In this document: positions 1 through 10,687 of the stretch, one piece after another
Layout: each line of letters starts with the position of its first letter
Position numbering within the stretch: the first letter of the stretch is position 1
Assembly: GCA_950097015.1 (NCBI GenBank)
Contig: CATNEN010000010.1
Span: 186,001-250,000, forward strand
Direction of reading: 5' to 3'
Source: Macrostomum hystrix
Taxonomy: Eukaryota > Animalia > Platyhelminthes
Length of the DNA: 64,000 nt
Notes under the pieces: generated by a model
Database searches by the model: none
What the model was told of the DNA's origin: nothing
Seen by the model: only the letters and a program-made list of their open reading frames with translations
Made by a program: the position numbers and the translations under genes

Positions 1-43
1 AACACAGGTGACAATTTGCTTGCCCTTCCCGGATTGCCAATAA

Positions 44-335
44 CTGATCCCTAAATCTCCCGATTCTGATCCCTGAATCTCCTGACTCTGATCCCTGAAT
101 CTCCCGCTTCTGATCCCTGAGTCTCCTGATTCTGATCCCTGAATCTCCCGATTCTGATCCCTGAATCTCCCGATTCTGATCCTGAGTCTCCTGATTCTGA
201 TCCCTGAATCTCCCGATTCTGATCCCTGAGTCTCCCGATTCTGATCTCTGAGTCTCCTGATTCTGATCCCTGAATCTCCCGATTCTGATCCCTGAATCTC
301 CCGATTCTGATCCTGAGTCTCCCGATTCTGATCCC
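44..335. repeat. 22-bp minisatellite (CTGATCCCTGAATCTCCCGATT), probably intronic in the ABCD gene
   Basis: CTGAT recurs at 66, 88 and 110 (22-bp period), about 13 copies with substitutions; lies upstream of the ABCD acceptor at 513. Confidence 0.95.
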
Positions 336-513
336 TCGATCTAGTTAGTGTTAGTAATAAAGTATTTTGTATTTCCAATCTTCAAGTCGCAAACGTGTTC
401 CGATTCAAGTATCAGTGGGCTTGTGGAATTCCCGACTTACAATTTCATGGCGTCCGCCAATGCAAAAAACGGCCTCTCAAAAGCCCCCCACTCTGGCACT
501 CCCACCTGGTCAG

Positions 514-1674
514 GCTTTCACCACGGCCAGGAACCTGCTGGTCAGCGCGGCCGACGCCATCGAGCGCATCATGACGTCATACAAGGAGGTCACGGAGCTC
601 TCGGGCTACACTAGCCGGGTGTCCTCTATGCTGAACGTGTTCAACGATGTGCAGCAGGGCAAATACGTGCGACCCGGCATGCGGCCGGCCAGGGGCCAGG
701 TGACCGAGAGCGTCGACTGCATCGAGCTGCGGGATGTGCCCATCGTGACGCCCAACGGCGACGTGGTGGCCGAGTCCCTCAGCCTGCGGCTGAACCGGGG
801 CACCCACCTGCTCATCACAGGTGAGGGCCTTATTGGGTCAATGCATTTGTCTGCCTAGACTCCTAGATTCGGCATTTTAGCTGTCTAGTGTGGATTTCTG
901 AGGAACAAGTAACGACTTTTATTGACTCTGGTAATGGAGTTTTGGACTCTGGTAATGGAGTTTTGGACTCTGGTAATGGAGTGTTGGACTCTGGTAATGG
1001 AGTGTTGGACTCTGGTAATGGAGTGTTGGGCTTTGGTAATGGAGTGTTGGACTTTAGTAATCAAATTCTCCCTTGTCTTCATGTGCCTTGCAGGTCCGAA
1101 CGGGTGCGGCAAGTCGTCGCTGTTCCGGATCCTGTCGGGCCTGTGGCCAGTGTACGGCGGTCACCTGGTCAAGCCGCCGGTGCACACGCTCTATTACATT
1201 CCCCAGCGGCCCTACCTGAGCGTTGGCGACCTCCGCGAGCAGGTCACTTATCCGGACACGGCCGAGCAGAGGCGGGCGAAAGGCGTGACGGACGGCCAGC
1301 TGCGCGCTGTGCTGGAGGCGGCCCACCTTGGCTACCTGCTGGAGCGCGAAGGCGGCTGGGGCGCGGTGCGCGAGTGGGCGGACGTGCTGAGCGGCGGCGA
1401 GAAGCAGCGACTGGGAATGGCCCGCTTGCTGTATCACCGACCATTATTCGCCCTGCTGGACGAGTGCACCTCGGCCGTCAGCATCGACGTGGAGGCCAAG
1501 ATCTACCAGGCTGCCAAGGACTCCGGAATCACCCTGCTGACCATCACGCACCGTCCTTCGCTGTGGCAGTTTCATGATCAGCTGCTGCGATTCGACGGCG
1601 CCGGCGCCTGGACCCTGGAGCCGATGCCGGCAGCGCCAACGGCCGCCGGACCGCCCGCTGCGGCCGCTGACTGA
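514..1674 (+). CDS. ABCD1/ABCD2: Peroxisomal ABC half-transporter, ABCD1/ABCD2-like; last two coding exons 514-820 and 1094-1674 (5' part outside the window)
   Basis: [32 protein letters not shown] matches the ABCD1/2 segment; the phase-1 GT-AG intron 821-1093 joins LLITG|PNGCGKSS (Walker A); YIPQRPY, signature LSGGEKQR, Walker [12 protein letters not shown] and H-loop ITHR present; stop TGA at 1672-1674. Confidence 0.95.
926..1052. repeat. 21-bp intronic minisatellite (CTGGTAATGGAGTTTTGGACT), about 6 copies
   Basis: Direct 21-bp period inside ABCD intron 821-1093; it produces the false N-terminus of ORF 922..1674. Confidence 0.95.
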
Positions 1675-2077
1675 CGGCAACTGACAGGTCAAAGTCGCCA
1701 TAGTTTTATTCAATTGCAGTGACAATTCTTTCTGTGCTTAACCTTGCATTGCCGCCTCTGATTTATGACTTAATTTCAATTCAATTCGTCAGTTCATATG
1801 AGAATTGCGATTGAATTTGCTTGCTAGACAATGTCCAATGCAGTATATTGCTTTGCTGTTGTCTCCACATGGAATTATTTTGGCCAGTAACCTGATTGCA
1901 GTTGTTTACTGTTAAATTATTGCAGATTTACTGTCATGTTCTATTGATTTTCTGAACAGTATCACCGCATTGTTTTGCCTCAATTTAGAATTCCATGCTA
2001 CATGATCTCCTGCTAGCTGCTTTTTTTATTTCGGATTGCATCTTGACTGAAGTACTCAATTGCCGCACGCTTGTGCG

Positions 2078-2192
2078 GTACCTGTGCTACCTGTGCGGTA
2101 CCTGTGCTACCTGTGCGGTATACCTGTGCTACCTGTGCGGTACCTGTGCGGTACCTGTGCTACCTGTGCGGTACCTGTGCTACCTGAGCGGT
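2078..2192. repeat. ~20-bp minisatellite (CTGTGCGGTACCTGTGCTAC)
   Basis: About 5-6 imperfect direct copies. Confidence 0.85.
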
Positions 2193-3464
2193 AGCCTGTA
2201 TTTGCTTCGTCTTTCCTTTTTGGGCTTGTTTGCACTTGCCATGCTAGTTTTTCAATGCTAGGTTAATTCGACTGGGCAGATCTAGTTTGTTAATCCGACA
2301 GGCTAATTCTGATTGGCAAATTTAACTCTATTAATCCTGTTGGGCTAATCTAGACCTGGTTAGTCCGGTTATGTTAGCCCCACTTAACTAATCGAGCTCG
2401 CGCTAATCCAGTCTACCTAATCCTACTAGGTTCTGGTTAAGGCTCTGGTTAAGCGTAGGCAGAGGTACCCAACTGTGGGTATCTGATTGATTCTTCACTT
2501 TCTGACACTTGTCAATCAATCGATTTTACTAGAACAGGAAGCACGTCTGCGGTATTGAGCTGAGCTACTTTCAACAGTAGCAAGCGCTGCTCTTGCATCC
2601 GTTTTTTGTCTTCTATAGGCAGACTTTTGCTTGCTGGCTGTTTTAGATTTCATTGTTACCTACTTTGGTTTCTTGAGCAATAAGAGCCGGCATACTCATG
2701 CGTGATTGCGCTTCAAGTAACAAGAGAATTTCGCTTTATGTTTGACATGTCGTTTAAATTAACGTTACTTACTTTTGTTGATAAAAGCTTTAAGTCAGAG
2801 AATTTGTCTGAGCGCGCACTGCGAGCCTGATCTGAGTTGCTTCATTGTTGAAGAAACTAAAACAATATAATTGTTTTTGGGTTGAAAATATTTGTTGCTG
2901 TTTGGGCTGCCCAGTATATATTTGAGTGCTTTGGACGCTGGTGTGTCCCGCTGATAAAAGGGAAGGCAATGATTGGCTGGCTCATTTAGCGAGTTATTTT
3001 TAGCTTCCTGTGGTGCTGTCACTATTGCAAGTTTATATTTCTAGCTCGCCTAGCTAAATACGTGCGTAACTAATGTCCGAGCGTATGCATGATCCTGGTT
3101 TCTATTTTTAGCAACACGCTTCAGATATTAAAAAAGTTTACCTGTTTGATAATGTAAAGGTATTGTGTACACAGGTTGGGCACAAACGGAACAGGCTTCC
3201 ATACGAGTATAATTCGTTGAATCTTTAGTGCGTTAACTGAATAATTATACTGATTGATAGATGGACAGAGTCGATTAGTAACAACGTACATGTAATGTTT
3301 CAATCGATCAGGAAAATCTCCGAGAGCAGCGACCTGTGTTTAAAATAGCAAATAAGGACACTTTTACTAGCATTTCGCGCGTAACTTCACACATTGGTAC
3401 TGCTCTTTCTAGTCTTAACCAGCCGCTACTGGCTAATTGAGGTTCAGGTGCAGATATTCAGTGT

Positions 3465-6400
3465 TCAGCAATTCTTGCCCAGCAACAGCAGCAGCATTCC
3501 AAACGGCATCAGCAGCGGCGCCACCTGAGCCCTGTCAGCCGGGTTGCAGTAGTTGCCATTGGAGCAGCAGACCTGCATCGAGTCCGTGTTGGAGGACTGC
3601 ACACACTGGGAGCGGGCGCTGTCCTCGCGTCGGAAACATTGCCGGCTGATGCGGGTCACCGTGCCCAGGTAGCCAACGACCGACTTGCTGAGCAGTGGGG
3701 AAATGAGAGGCTTTTAGTATGATATCAATCTCATGAGTTTTTATTGTAAGACCGTGGGTTAAGTTGTAGAACATAACAATCACACACGGAGCCCTCACTG
3801 GCTCACGCAAATATATTTAACGGCAAAGTTGGGGTGGGTGCAACCACCCTAAGCGAACGCACGCTGCAGCGCTAAACCCCCCACCCCAAACAAGCCGCGC
3901 GTGCACATCTAAGTGCACGCGCACCAACAAGCCAGACTACACTACTTTCCCCCTAGAAGCAAAAGACAGTCCCAAGTCAAGCAAAGCCCGCCATGTACAA
4001 ATCCGGTGGCCGCCGCTCTCTAGCCGATCGCCGCGGGACAATGACCGGCTCGGCCGGTGCCGCCGGCGGCTCATCGTGTACCTCGTCTGCCTGCAGCTCG
4101 GGCCAGAAGGCCACCGCGTCGCCGCCAGGATCGGCCGCTTGCCCGGGCGGCTCTGCGGCGGTGCCGTCGTTGTCGGCGTCGGCTGCCGGCGGTCGACGGT
4201 CTGCAGCGGCTGGAAGCTCCAGTGACGCCCGCCGCTGCACGAAGCGCTTGAGGCGGTCGTGGTGCACCACCAGCCGGCGCCTGCGGCCAGTCTCGTCCTG
4301 GATGCGGTAATTGACCTCACCCAGGCGCCTCAGGACTCGGTACGGCCCCTTCCACTTGGCGCTGAGGCACCGTGTCTGGCCGCGCTTGATGACAGAGTTG
4401 CGCAGCATCACTAGCTGGCCCTCTTCGAACGGCACGAACCGAGAGTCCCGGTTGGCCAGCCGGTTGCGCTCGACCTGGGCGCTTCGCAGTCGGCTGTGCA
4501 CCGTGTCGAAGGCGCTCTGCAGGTTCTCCTGAGTCCGCCGCAAGAAGCCGTCAGCCAACTGTCGAGAGCCAGCCTCGGTGGCCAGCCGTGGAGGACCTGG
4601 TATGGGCTGAGGCCGGTCGTGCTGTGCACGGAGGTATTGTAGGCCCAGGTCACATACGGCAGCTTGCTGTCCCAGTCCTGCTGGTTCTCGGCCACCGTCG
4701 TCGCCAGCATGTCACCGAGCGTCCGGTTGCCTCGCTCGACGATTCCGTTTCCGCTCGGATGAAACGGCGACGTGCGCGTCTTCTCGACGCCCAGCTGCTC
4801 GCAGAGCCGGCCGAACACCTCGCTCTCGAATTGACGCCCCTGGTCACTGTGCAGCACCTGAGGAGCGCCGTGACGCAGAACTACCGACTTGAAAACTTCC
4901 GCCAGCCTCTCTAAGTGGTCGTCGAACGTCCTGCTGAAGACAATGATGTCGTCGATGTAAGTCAGCACGGACTCCCAAGACAGGCCGGACATCACAAGCT
5001 CCATGAGCCGCTGGAACGTCGCCGGGGCGTTGCACATACCGAAGCCCATCTTGCAGAATTGCATCAGGCCGCGCGTCGAATAGAAGGCCGTCTTGTGCCG
5101 GTCCTCCTCCGCCACCTCCACCTGGTGGTAGCCCTGCCGGCAGTCGATGGTGGAGAACCAGGAGCATCCGACAAGCGCATCCATGGCCTGCTGCAGGTGC
5201 GGTAGCGGGTACGCGTCCCTGACGGTGCAGGCGTTGAGCTGCCGCCAGTCCGTGCACAGTCTGATGTCGCCGTCTTTCTTGCGGACTACCAGCAGGTTGC
5301 TGGCCCATGGCGATGTCGACGGCTCGATGATGCCGCTGTCCAGCATCTGGCCGATCTTTTTGTCCACCTGGCCTCGCACAGACAGTGGCAGCCTGCGCTG
5401 GACCTGCCGGTGTGGCCGCGCTCCGGGCACCAGCTCGATCTGGTGTTGCAGCAACGCCGTCGTGCCCAGGTCGTACTCGTGCCTTGCGAACAGGTCCTCG
5501 TTGCGCTCCAGCAGCTGTCGCAGCCTCGCAGCATCCCGTTCGGGCAGCTCCGCGTTGATGTTCCAACCGACGGGGGTCTCATGGGCCGCCTCCTGGCGAC
5601 CGTCCTCGTCTGTCATCGCGCCTTCGAACGTGCCGACCGCCTTGTTGGCGTACAGCAGCACGGGCTCCTCTGCCAGGTTGCACATTTTCACCGGGATGCG
5701 GCAGCCATCTGAGACCGCCAGCACGCGGGCCGGCAGGATGGCGGTGGACTTCACGAAGTCCTCAGACGGCTCAAAGACTCCCTGCTCGCCGCTGGAATCC
5801 ACCTTGAGCCACACCAGCTTCTCGCTGCGGGCGGGCAGCTCCGTAGTTGCCGCCACACGCGCCACCAGGACACTCGGTACCAGGCGACAGTCTGCTCGAG
5901 CCGGCTCGCTGCTGAAAGGCACAGTTGTACTATCAAACTTAACGACGCCTTCTTTAATGTCGATGGTCATCGCCTGCGAAACCTCGCCGATGAAGTCCAT
6001 GCCGATGATCAGGCTGGGCTGGATGCCGTCCACGACTGTGAAGCGATGGCGCACGCGGATGGTCTTGCCAATAGAAACATCCGCTGCTGACAGGCCTAGG
6101 CAGCGCAGCCGGGATCCGTCGACAGCAGTCGGCAGCGCACCGATGTCGGTGCAGTCGATCTTGCACGGCAATCTGTCGAACAGTGACTTATCCATCAACG
6201 AAACTTGCGCGCCGGTGTCGAGCAGAGCGGGCGCTGACACGCTGCCAAAGTGCACCTTCACGAAGACTGAAGGCGCTGATCTAAGGGCCCCTTTTGAGCG
6301 GGTCGGTGCTGGCCCCAGGCTGCCGACCCTCAGAAGTTTCCCTGCGGCTGTCCAGTTGGTGTCGGGCACACCGCGGCGGAGTGACCTTTGCCTGAGCACC

Positions 6401-9400
6401 GGCTGCAGCGGATGCCGGTCGCCTTTGGGCACCGCCTAGCGATGTGACCCAGCTCGCCGCAGCTGAAGCACTTAATGGGTCCCTTCTGACGCCTGTCTCT
6501 TCCGGGTGGTCCCGCTCGCACGCTGGCTGTCAGCTGCTGCATCTGCTGCTCCAGCTGGCTCAGCCGTCTGTCTTCCACTGACACCGCAGCTGATGAGGCT
6601 GTAGTCGCGTGGCTCACCAGCTCAAGCCGCGCAGCTCTGTCGACGATGGCGGCCAGCGAACACGAGTCCACGTCCTGGTCCTTCAACAGCGCATCTCGCA
6701 CGGCAGATGGCAGGAGGCGCATCAGTCGAAACTTTACGTCCTTTTCCCGAGCCGCCACGGAGTCGTCCGGGCGGGCCCGAAGGTGGAGAAGCTTCAGGCT
6801 GTAGGCCAGCTCCCTCAGCGACTCGTTAGGCTGTCGCTTACGCTCTTCGAAGTCCTCCATTGCTCTGTAGCAGCTTAGACTGTTGCCAAAGCACTCGATC
6901 AGCTTCTCCTTCAGCTTTTCATAGCTGGCTGACACGTCTTCTGGCTGCTCCCAGACAAAGATTTGTGCTTCTCCTGTCACCAGCAGTCTCAGCTTCTTTG
7001 ACTTCTTCTTGTCGTCCCATTCGCAGTCGTCGGCGAAGTCCTCAAACGTGCTGAGCCACGTTCTCACGTTGGAGTCGCCGCTAAACTTTGAAGGCAATAG
7101 ACTGGCTTGCTCTGATTTGGCCATAGTGAGACCGCTGCCACCAGTGTAAGACCGTGGGTTAAGTTGTAGAACATAACAATCACACACGGAGCCCTCACTG
7201 GCTCACGCAAATATATTTAACGGCAAAGTTGGGGTGGGTGCAACCACCCTAAGCGAACGCACGCTGCAGCGCTAAACCCCCCACCCCAAACAAGCCGCGC
7301 GTGCACATCTAAGTGCACGCGCACCAACAAGCCAGACTACATTATATTGGATCAAAAATTCAGTTTATGAGGCTTGATTGCATCATCAATCCAGTTTATG
7401 AGGCTTGATTGCATCATCAATCCAGTTTATGAGGCTTGATTGCATCATCAATCCAGTTTATGAGGCTTGATTGCATCATCAATCCAGTTTATGAGGTCAG
7501 ATTGCATCATCAATCCAGTTCATGAGGTCAGATTGCATCATCAATCCAGTTTATGAGGTCAGATTGCATCATCAATCCAGTTTATGAGGTCAGATTGCAT
7601 CATCAATCCAGTTTATGAGGTCAGATTGCATCATCAATCCAGTTTATGAGGTCAGATTGCATCATCAATCCAGTTTATGAGGTCAGATTGCATCATCAAT
7701 CCAGTTTATGAGGTCAGATTGCATCATCAATCCAGTTTATGAGGTCAGATTGCATCATCAATCCAGTTCATGTGGTCAGATTGCATCATCAATCCAGTTT
7801 ATGAGGTCAGATTGCATCATCAATCCAGTTTATGAGGTCAGATTGCATCATCAATCCAGTTCATGAGGTCAGATTGCATCATCAATCCAGTTCATGAGGT
7901 CAGATTGCATCATCAATCCAGTTCATGAGGTCAGATTGCATCATCAATCCAGTTCATGAGGTCAGATTGCATCATCAATCCAGTTCATGAGGTCAGATTG
8001 CATCATCAATCCAGTTCATGAGGTCAGATTGCATCATCAATCCAGTTCATGAGGTCAGATTGCATCATCAATCCAGTTCATGAGGTCAGATTGCAAGGAG
8101 TCTTTAGTTTAGGCGGCAAACTATTTCCGTCTGGCGCCAGGCCCACATCGGATCGCAGCCAGACAGCCGGGCTCCTGCTCCCAGCCTTTCTTGAAAAAAG
8201 GGCCAGAGTTTCTCCACTACGCGTTGCCAATTTCCGGGAGCCCGGCTGCTGCAGCCACTAGCGCCCCGCGCGCCCTGCCAACCCGGTTTTCCTTTCCTTG
8301 TCTGTCCGGCCCATCAGCCCTCAGGGAAGCGTCGGAGCGGAGGTAAAACAATGCAGATTTTGGCGAGTCGTGCAGCCACGGCTTTCTATCAGCCTGCCGT
8401 TGACAGGGCCGTGTTTTGTGGATAGAACTCCTAAATTTCTCAAGTTTTATTTTTTCCACGCAATTTATGCTTCTCGATCTGAAGACAATATTCATTTGAA
8501 GTATTCTCACTGTTTCATCTGTATCCGTCTGCTGTACTTTCATCTCTGCCTCAACCATTCCTTCTTCTCTCCTCCTCTCCTCCCCTCCCCCTCTTCTCTC
8601 CTCCTCTCCTCCTCTCCTCCTCTTCTCTCCTCCTCTTCTCTCCTCCTCTCCTCCTCTTCTCTCCTCCTCTCCTCCTCTTCTCTCCTTCCCTCCTCCTCTT
8701 CTCTCCTCCTCTCCTCCTCTCCTCCTCACCTCTTCCCATCTTCTCCTCCACTCCTCTTTATCCCCTCATCTCCTCTCCTCTCCTCCTTCCCCTCCTCCTT
8801 CCCCTCCTACTCTCCTTCTTAGCTGTTCCTCTCCTCTCCAAATTTCATCCTCTACCTCCTCTCCTCCTCGTCTGCTTACCCTCACTCACCCTCTGCCTTC
8901 CTTTTTCATTTTGCACTTCTCTCACTTCAATTACTGCTCCCGACGCCACTCTGCTTCCCAGCCATTTCTCTTTCTACGAGTACAATTGGGATGCCAAAGT
9001 TTCGTAATTTTCTATTTCTTTTCTCTATTCTCAAGTTGTTCCCATCATTTCAATCATTTCCTTCCCTGAGCATCAAAAAGGTCTGGGTGAGCAGTCCGTG
9101 TCTGCTATTGCTGGCGGCTCAGTGCAGCCCAGCCCAGTCCGTACTCCAGCCCAATGGCAGCGGTTGAGAACAAACAGCCGTCCCGACTCAAGCGCCAGGT
9201 GGGTAAACAGCCGGACCGGCTGAGGATGAGGGATCCGGCAACTTTTAAATTGCATCAACGCCAGGTGAGCCTGCATGCATGCGCCCTGTGTGACTCGGTG
9301 AGTCTGAGTACCCACAGCTGCACTCGCCCCAGGATGCAATGAGTCTTCGGGACCGTCTGCCCAGTCCCTTAACTGTCCATTCCCTCATTCCCTACCAGCC

Positions 9401-10687
9401 TGCGCCTTCTACCCCATACGCCCCATTACTTCGATTCTCCCCAATCTCCCAGATACTAATCCGGTTCCGAATCTCCCAAATCCCGTCTTCACCCGAATCT
9501 CCCAAATCTGCCACATTCCACCCTCTCCCTAATCTGCCACATCCCACCCTCTCCCTAATCTGCCACAGCCCCCCTCTCCCTAATCTGCCACAGCCCCCCT
9601 CTCCCTAATCTGCCACATCCCACCCTCTCCCTAATCTGCCACATTCCACCCTCTCCCTAATCTGCCACATTCCACCCTCTCCCTAATCTGCCACATCCCA
9701 CCCTCTCCCTAATCTGCCACAGCCCCCCTCTCCCTAATCTGCCACAGCCCCCCTCTCCCTAATCTGCCACATTCCACCCTCTCCCTAATCTGCCACATCC
9801 CACCCTCTCCCTAATCTGCCACAGCCCCCCTCTCCCTAATCTGCCACAACCCCCCTCTCCCTAATCTGCCACATCCCACCCTCTCCCTAATCTGCCACAG
9901 CCCCCCTCTCCCTAATCTGCCACATCCCACCATCTGCCACATCCCACCATCTGCCACATCCCACCATCTGCCACATCCCACCATCTGCCACATCCCACCA
10001 TCTGCCACATCCCACCATCTGCCACATCCCACCATCTGCCACATCCCACCATCTGCCACATCCCACCATCTGCCACATCCCACCATCTGCCACATCCCAC
10101 CATCTGCCACATCCCAGCATCTGCCACATCCCTCCATCTGCCACATCCCACCATCTGCCACATCCCACCATCTGCCACATCCCACCATCTGCCACATCCC
10201 ACTATCTGCCAGATCCCACCATCTGCCACATCCCACCATCTGCCACATCCCACCATCTGCCACATCCCACCATCTGCCACATCCCACCATCTGCCACATC
10301 CCACCATCTGCCACATCCCACCATCTGCCACATCCCACCATCTGCCACATCCCACCATCTGCCACATCCCACCATCTGCCACATCCCACCATCTGCCACA
10401 TCCCACCATCTGCCACATCCCATCCACTCCCTGATCTGCCACATCCCCGAACCGGAGGCTCACCCGCACTGCTCGCAGACAGTTTCGTTCATGGCGTTGG
10501 CCTGACTGACGCCACCGCCCAGGCTGCACGGGTCGCACACGTAGCAGCGGATTCGAGTCCCGGGCAGCGCGGTGGTCGTCAGCGACGTGGTGGAGTCAGT
10601 CGACCCCGCGCTGGTTGTCGCAGCTTCGGGCCCGCCTGGCAGCGCCATAAGCGCGACGAGAACAGCCGCCAAAAGCAGAGGGGGCAT
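3465..10687 (-). CDS. Ly6/uPAR (three-finger, LU-domain) GPI-anchored protein, 148 aa; exons 10687-10464 and 3687-3465
   Basis: Exon 1: ATG 10687, signal peptide MPPLLLAAVLVALMALPGG, Ser/Thr stretch, RCYVCDPC...VCEQC, ending GG|GTGAG (phase 2). Exon 2 follows CTCAG| and completes GGC, then KSVVGYLGTVTRISRQC...SQC...VCCSNGNYCN plus a hydrophobic tail (VAPLLMPFGMLLLLL). Ten Cys with the CCxxxxxCN end are typical of LU domains. Confidence 0.88.
3745..3941 (-). repeat. 3' LTR (197 bp)
   Basis: Identical to 7145-7341; contains a 10-bp-stem hairpin GCGCGTGCAC-ATCTAA-GTGCACGCGC (3897-3922). Confidence 0.97.
3942..3954 (-). promoter_or_regulatory. Polypurine tract (PPT)
   Basis: Minus-strand AGGGGGAAAGTAG directly abuts the 3' LTR. 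Confidence 0.9.
3977..4558 (-). pseudogene. Integrase C-terminal part (GPY/F module), out of frame with pol
   Basis: SAKWKGPYRVLRRLGEVNYRIQD...VVHHDRLKRF is typical of gypsy integrase tails; the frame changes relative to pol near 4560. Confidence 0.85.
4411..6342 (-). pseudogene. pol: pol: protease, N-terminal RT and partial integrase core; RNase H and integrase N-terminus deleted
   Basis: Protease ALLDTGAQVSL; RT motifs WASNLLVVRKKDG, MGFGMCNAPATFQ, YIDD; then directly VLRHGAPQVLHSDQGRQFES and GIVERGNRTL (integrase core) after ~4890, with no RNase H or HHCC finger. Confidence 0.93.
6284..6342 (-). promoter_or_regulatory. -1 programmed ribosomal frameshift signal between gag and pol
   Basis: Slippery G_GGA_AAC (6342-6336) in the gag frame, 6-nt spacer, stem GGGUCGG (6329-6323)/CCGACCC (6306-6300); pol lies in the -1 frame. 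Confidence 0.8.
6330..7124 (-). CDS. gag: Gag (capsid plus two CCHC zinc knuckles), 264 aa
   Basis: ATG at 7124 just after the PBS; PSKFSGDSNVRTWLSTFE is a gag-type N-terminus; CFSCGELGHIARRC and CSRCSGKGHSAAVC; intact to TGA at 6330. Confidence 0.93.
   Translation of the reverse strand: MAKSEQASLLPSKFSGDSNVRTWLSTFEDFADDCEWDDKKKSKKLRLLVTGEAQIFVWEQPEDVSASYEKLKEKLIECFGNSLSCYRAMEDFEERKRQPNESLRELAYSLKLLHLRARPDDSVAAREKDVKFRLMRLLPSAVRDALLKDQDVDSCSLAAIVDRAARLELVSHATTASSAAVSVEDRRLSQLEQQMQQLTASVRAGPPGRDRRQKGPIKCFSCGELGHIARRCPKATGIRCSRCSGKGHSAAVCPTPTGQPQGNF
7131..7143 (-). promoter_or_regulatory. Primer binding site, probably tRNA-Leu
   Basis: TGGTGGCAGCGGT lies 1 nt inside the 5' LTR and is complementary to ...ACCGCUGCCACCA, which I recall as the 3' end of metazoan tRNA-Leu(AAG/UAG). 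Confidence 0.8.
7145..7341 (-). repeat. 5' LTR (197 bp)
   Basis: Identical to 3745-3941. Confidence 0.97.
7361..8095. repeat. 31-bp minisatellite (TTATGAGGTCAGATTGCATCATCAATCCAGT), about 23 copies
   Basis: 31-bp period (e.g. 7561 and 7592); inside the Ly6 intron, starting ~20 bp from the 5' LTR. Confidence 0.97.
8560..8870. repeat. CT-rich low-complexity tract
   Basis: (CTCCT/CTCTT)n pyrimidine tract. Confidence 0.9.
9516..10445. repeat. Compound minisatellite: 26-bp unit (~9516-9925), then 17-bp unit (~9926-10445)
   Basis: CCCTCTCCCTAATCTGCCACATCCCA switches to CCATCTGCCACATCCCA; ends ~18 bp from the Ly6 exon-1 donor. Confidence 0.95.

Larger units (their letters stand above)
3745..7341 (-). 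mobile_element. Ty3/gypsy LTR retrotransposon, internally deleted (non-autonomous), 3,597 bp
   Basis: Two 197-bp LTRs (3745-3941, 7145-7341) with TG...CA ends, identical on manual comparison; 4-bp TSD TTAT (3741-3744, 7342-7345); PBS, PPT, gag and pol present. Confidence 0.97.

Noticed and set aside
922-1093. MTLVMEFW repeat N-terminus of ORF 922..1674
   Set aside because: It is an intronic 21-bp repeat that happens to be in frame with the ABCD exon.
4411-6432. A novel functional RT-integrase fusion enzyme
   Set aside because: It lacks the RT C-terminus, RNase H and the first DDE aspartate; a deletion product is the simpler explanation.
5147-6439. 430-aa plus-strand ORF and similar antisense ORFs over NAV, SMG9 and 47.6-49.3 kb
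   Set aside because: These are antisense shadows of GC-rich coding sequence with no recognisable motifs.
8100-9345. Unique GC-rich patches in the Ly6 intron as nested exons
   Set aside because: The frames I translated gave no recognisable protein or phase-consistent exon chain.
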